From contig OZ024750.1 in assembly GCA_964016885.1 (NCBI GenBank), positions 18,166,001 to 18,230,000 on the forward strand: DNA of 64,000 nt, given 5' to 3'. The notes below the pieces were generated by a model. It had not been told where the DNA came from. It saw nothing but the letters and a program-made list of their open reading frames with translations, and did not search any database. Position 1 is the stretch's first letter. Every line of letters starts with the position of its first letter. Of this stretch, positions 58,397 to 64,000 are shown piece after piece. A program made the translations under genes and the position numbers. This DNA is from Eledone cirrhosa (taxonomy: Eukaryota).

Positions 58397-58811
58397 TAAC
58401 AGATTAAAGTTTAAGCAAAGAATCGCTGCTTTCACCCTTATCGGGATCGAGCCCTCTTCGGATTTTAGTCTTCACATTTATTATTATTACTATATATATA
58501 TGATGAAATTTGTTTATTATTCTATATAAAATAAAGTACCAGTAATGTACTGGGTAATTGCTGGCCTTGTGCCTAAAGTAGAACAATTATTCTATATATA
58601 TTTGTTCCGTGGTAGATAAGATCTTGGTCAAGAACGAATTATGAACAGGTACAGTATACATATTTTAATGGCCGACACTCCCCACACTGTCACTAACAGA
58701 AGTACGTAACCTTCAGAAGTACGTAACATTAGGTCTGCTTCAAATACGTCTAAAATTTGAAGTAGTCAAATAGGATATGCTACGTAATAACCGTAGGTTG
58801 TATACGTTACG

Positions 58812-61246
<2,435 letters not shown>

Positions 61247-61433
61247 GTTTATCTTTTGACAGGAATATCCTGAAAGACTATATCAACAGTGAGCATTATC
61301 CTCAACACAAATTAAAATATAACCAAAGACGAAAGATAATATTTTCAACAAAGAAATCAAGATTTTAAAAGCGGCTGTTAAATCATCTGGTAAGTTTAAT
61401 AGTTGATCTTTCAAGTGAAATTATAAAATATAT

Positions 61434-61464
<31 letters not shown>

Positions 61465-61539
61465 CAAAAGATTAATATTTTTGTTTTGTGCCTTTGTTGG
61501 TATGAAATTCGATTCAGCAGTTTCTAATTACACTTTAAG

Positions 61540-62105
61540 ACAACGGTCGCCAACCGGTGGTCCGAAAGAAAAGTTTGGTGTTCCGCAGAAAAATTTGGAT
61601 ATTATTTGCAATTTTATTTTTTATTGATAATAAAACAAAAATAATATCTAATTAAAATATGTTTATAACACCCCTAAAACATGTTTCTGCTCAGTAAAAA
61701 ACTAACATCCATGAAAGAATTTTACACAAATGTATTATCTATCGATAGAATGACACACGTACGCTTCAGTATTGTTTAATAAAATGGAAGTTTACTGATC
61801 ATTATTTTACAAATGTATAAGGACGGTGGATTGGCAGTATCGGTAGAGGGTCGGACGCCATGCTTTCCAGCATAGTTACGTCCCTTTGCGGTCCTGAGTT
61901 CAAATCCCGCCGAGGTTAACTTTGCCTTTCATCCTTGTGGGGTCGATAAAATAAAGTACCAGTAATGCACTGAGATAATTGCTGGCCTTGTGCCAAAAGT
62001 AGAAACAATTATTTTACAAGTGTATTTATCTTTTATAAAAAATTCATATTAGTGGTCCGCAGATTTAAAATTATGAATTTAATGGTCTGTGATGTCCGAA
62101 ATGTG
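61540..62105. mobile_element. hAT/Charlie-like non-autonomous remnant with nested SINE (61819-62007; TSD attattttacaa(a/g)tgtat)
   Basis: caacggtcgccaaccggtggtcc terminus and repeated gtggtccg motifs; TSD at 61801-18 and 62008-25. Confidence 0.6.
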
Positions 62106-62204
62106 CCTTTCTGCCAATATAAGGATTGATTTGTCAAACAAATAAATTTTGACCAATTATTTTTTTTCTATAAAAAGGAAATTTCAAACATTACTTCCAA
62201 CTAA

Positions 62205-62430
62205 AATTGTTCTAATTTTGACATAAGGCCAGCAATTGAGTTGGGAGAGAGAATCGATTTTATCGACCTCTGTATTAGACTGGTACTTGACTGGTACTTT
62301 ATTTTATATACCTCGAAAGGATAAAAGACAAAGTTAAACTCGATGGATTTAAACACAGCACGTAAAGAGCCGGAATAAATACTGCTAGGCATTTGTCCGA
62401 CACTCTAACGACTCAGCCAATCCGCCGCCT
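62205..62430 (-). mobile_element. Older SINE family 1 copy
   Basis: Reverse-complement consensus match. Confidence 0.8.
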
Positions 62431-62871
62431 TTACCTCTACTAAAATGGGAAGAAAAACATGATATGTTGCTATGAAAAGCGAGATATTCCTTAAAATAAC
62501 TTAAACGGTTTTTGTTTGTTAGTTGTTTCCTTTTCTTTTTTAAATAAGAGAAGTGGAAAAAAAAGGAATTTCACACAAGAAAATATCTTAAAGTAGTTCA
62601 AGTATATAAAAGTAGATAAATAAATAAACTTTTAATGTACTGACACATAAACATGTGATTAATGAATTGATGTTAGCACAGTGTGTTTAAAATACAAATG
62701 TTAAATGAAACTTATATTAAAGCAATAGGCGACGAATTCGCTAAGTTGTTAGAATGTCGGATGCTTTGCAGTGTCTGTGTCGGCTCTCTGTACTATGTTC
62801 AAAATCCTCCGTGGTCAACTTTGTTTTTCATCCTTTCGAGACAGATAAAAAAGTACCAGTATTTGGAGCGA

Positions 62872-63112
<241 letters not shown>

Positions 63113-63136
63113 TATATATATATATATATATATATA

Positions 63137-63255
63137 GTGAAGCTGATTGGTTAGAGAACTGGATTCGCAATCATGAGGTTGTCAGTTCGAATCCTGGACC
63201 GGGCGATGCGTTATGTCCTTGAACAAGACACTTTATTTCACATTGCTCCTTCTAC
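63137..63255 (+). mobile_element. CORE-type SINE 5' fragment
   Basis: tggttagagaactggattcgcaatc...gttcgaatcc...tgtccttgaacaagacacttt. Confidence 0.7.
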
Positions 63256-63348
63256 CTGGAATTGTGACCGATAGATAGTATTAGCAATTGGAAAGATCAA
63301 CGGAAACATTGTTTCCGCGGTCCGATCTGACGAAAGTCTATCGACTCC

Positions 63349-63382
<34 letters not shown>

Positions 63383-64000
63383 TACATATATTTTATTTAT
63401 CTTTTTTTCCCCTGGAAGAAATAAATTGTGTTCTTTGTTGGGGAGAAGCTGGGCTCTGCTAGGTTTTAAAACTCCAAAATGTCGCTACAGAGCCGCTGCA
63501 ACTCCATCAGACGTATTAAAGCAATAGGTTTCTTGGTTCGACTCTGCCAATTCGCTGCCTGTATTCGTTACTATATTCAGACAAATAACTCGTCTTTTTA
63601 ATACACTAAATCAGTGCTTAGGTGTTAAAGACTCCTTTGCACACAATATCCGAAAAAATTGATTGAGTTATATACGTTGTAAACGTGCAAACTGGGTGTA
63701 TGGGCAACTATTTTTAGTTAAACATACAAAGAAGTGAAAAGTAGCGGGGAGAGGAGAGACAATATAGGAGAAACAAAAAAAAAAAAAAATGAAGTGGTGG
63801 AAGCAAGGAAGACTACATCACTGTCAGTACAGACGTCTGTAACCATCTACAATAGCGATGATGACGATAATATAAATAATAAGTCTTACTGAATGGAAAG
63901 CTTTCGAGTGCTTTCTCTGTCTAAAATCCAGTGGTTCGTGACACAAGACTGTTTGGTGACAATTTGTGAACTTCAGATAGTGTAAGACGTCGTGAAAACA

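Noticed and set aside
58415-58470. Hammerhead on the minus strand (CCGAAGA...GAAAGCAGC)
   Set aside because: Core U is replaced, there is no UH cleavage site and stem II is inconsistent; at best a decayed remnant.

Overview
Gene-poor, extremely AT- and microsatellite-rich eukaryotic DNA. The repeat landscape resembles octopus/cephalopod genomes (inference from recalled similarity, not a database result). I find no intact protein-coding gene: nearly all listed ORFs are translations of simple repeats, and the only recognisable protein fragments are decayed RTE-clade LINE pieces. The window holds about 25 copies of tRNA-derived SINEs (several with clear TSDs), piggyBac-, pogo/mariner- and hAT-like MITEs, 60-bp and 25-bp minisatellites, and a 200-N gap. 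The main signal is a set of short elements lodged in (TA)n tracts that carry minimal type I hammerhead ribozymes (CUGANGA...GAAA-palindrome-UH) and mostly form fold-back inverted duplications. Three families have a complete core (2633-2988, 16001-16549, 50939-51179). Others are variant or decayed (58162-58197; 5742/50541/57941) or possible half-cores (3108/6195/23089/38597). This fits Penelope-like pLTR or retrozyme-type non-autonomous retroelements. No ribozyme activity, transcription or family assignment has been verified.
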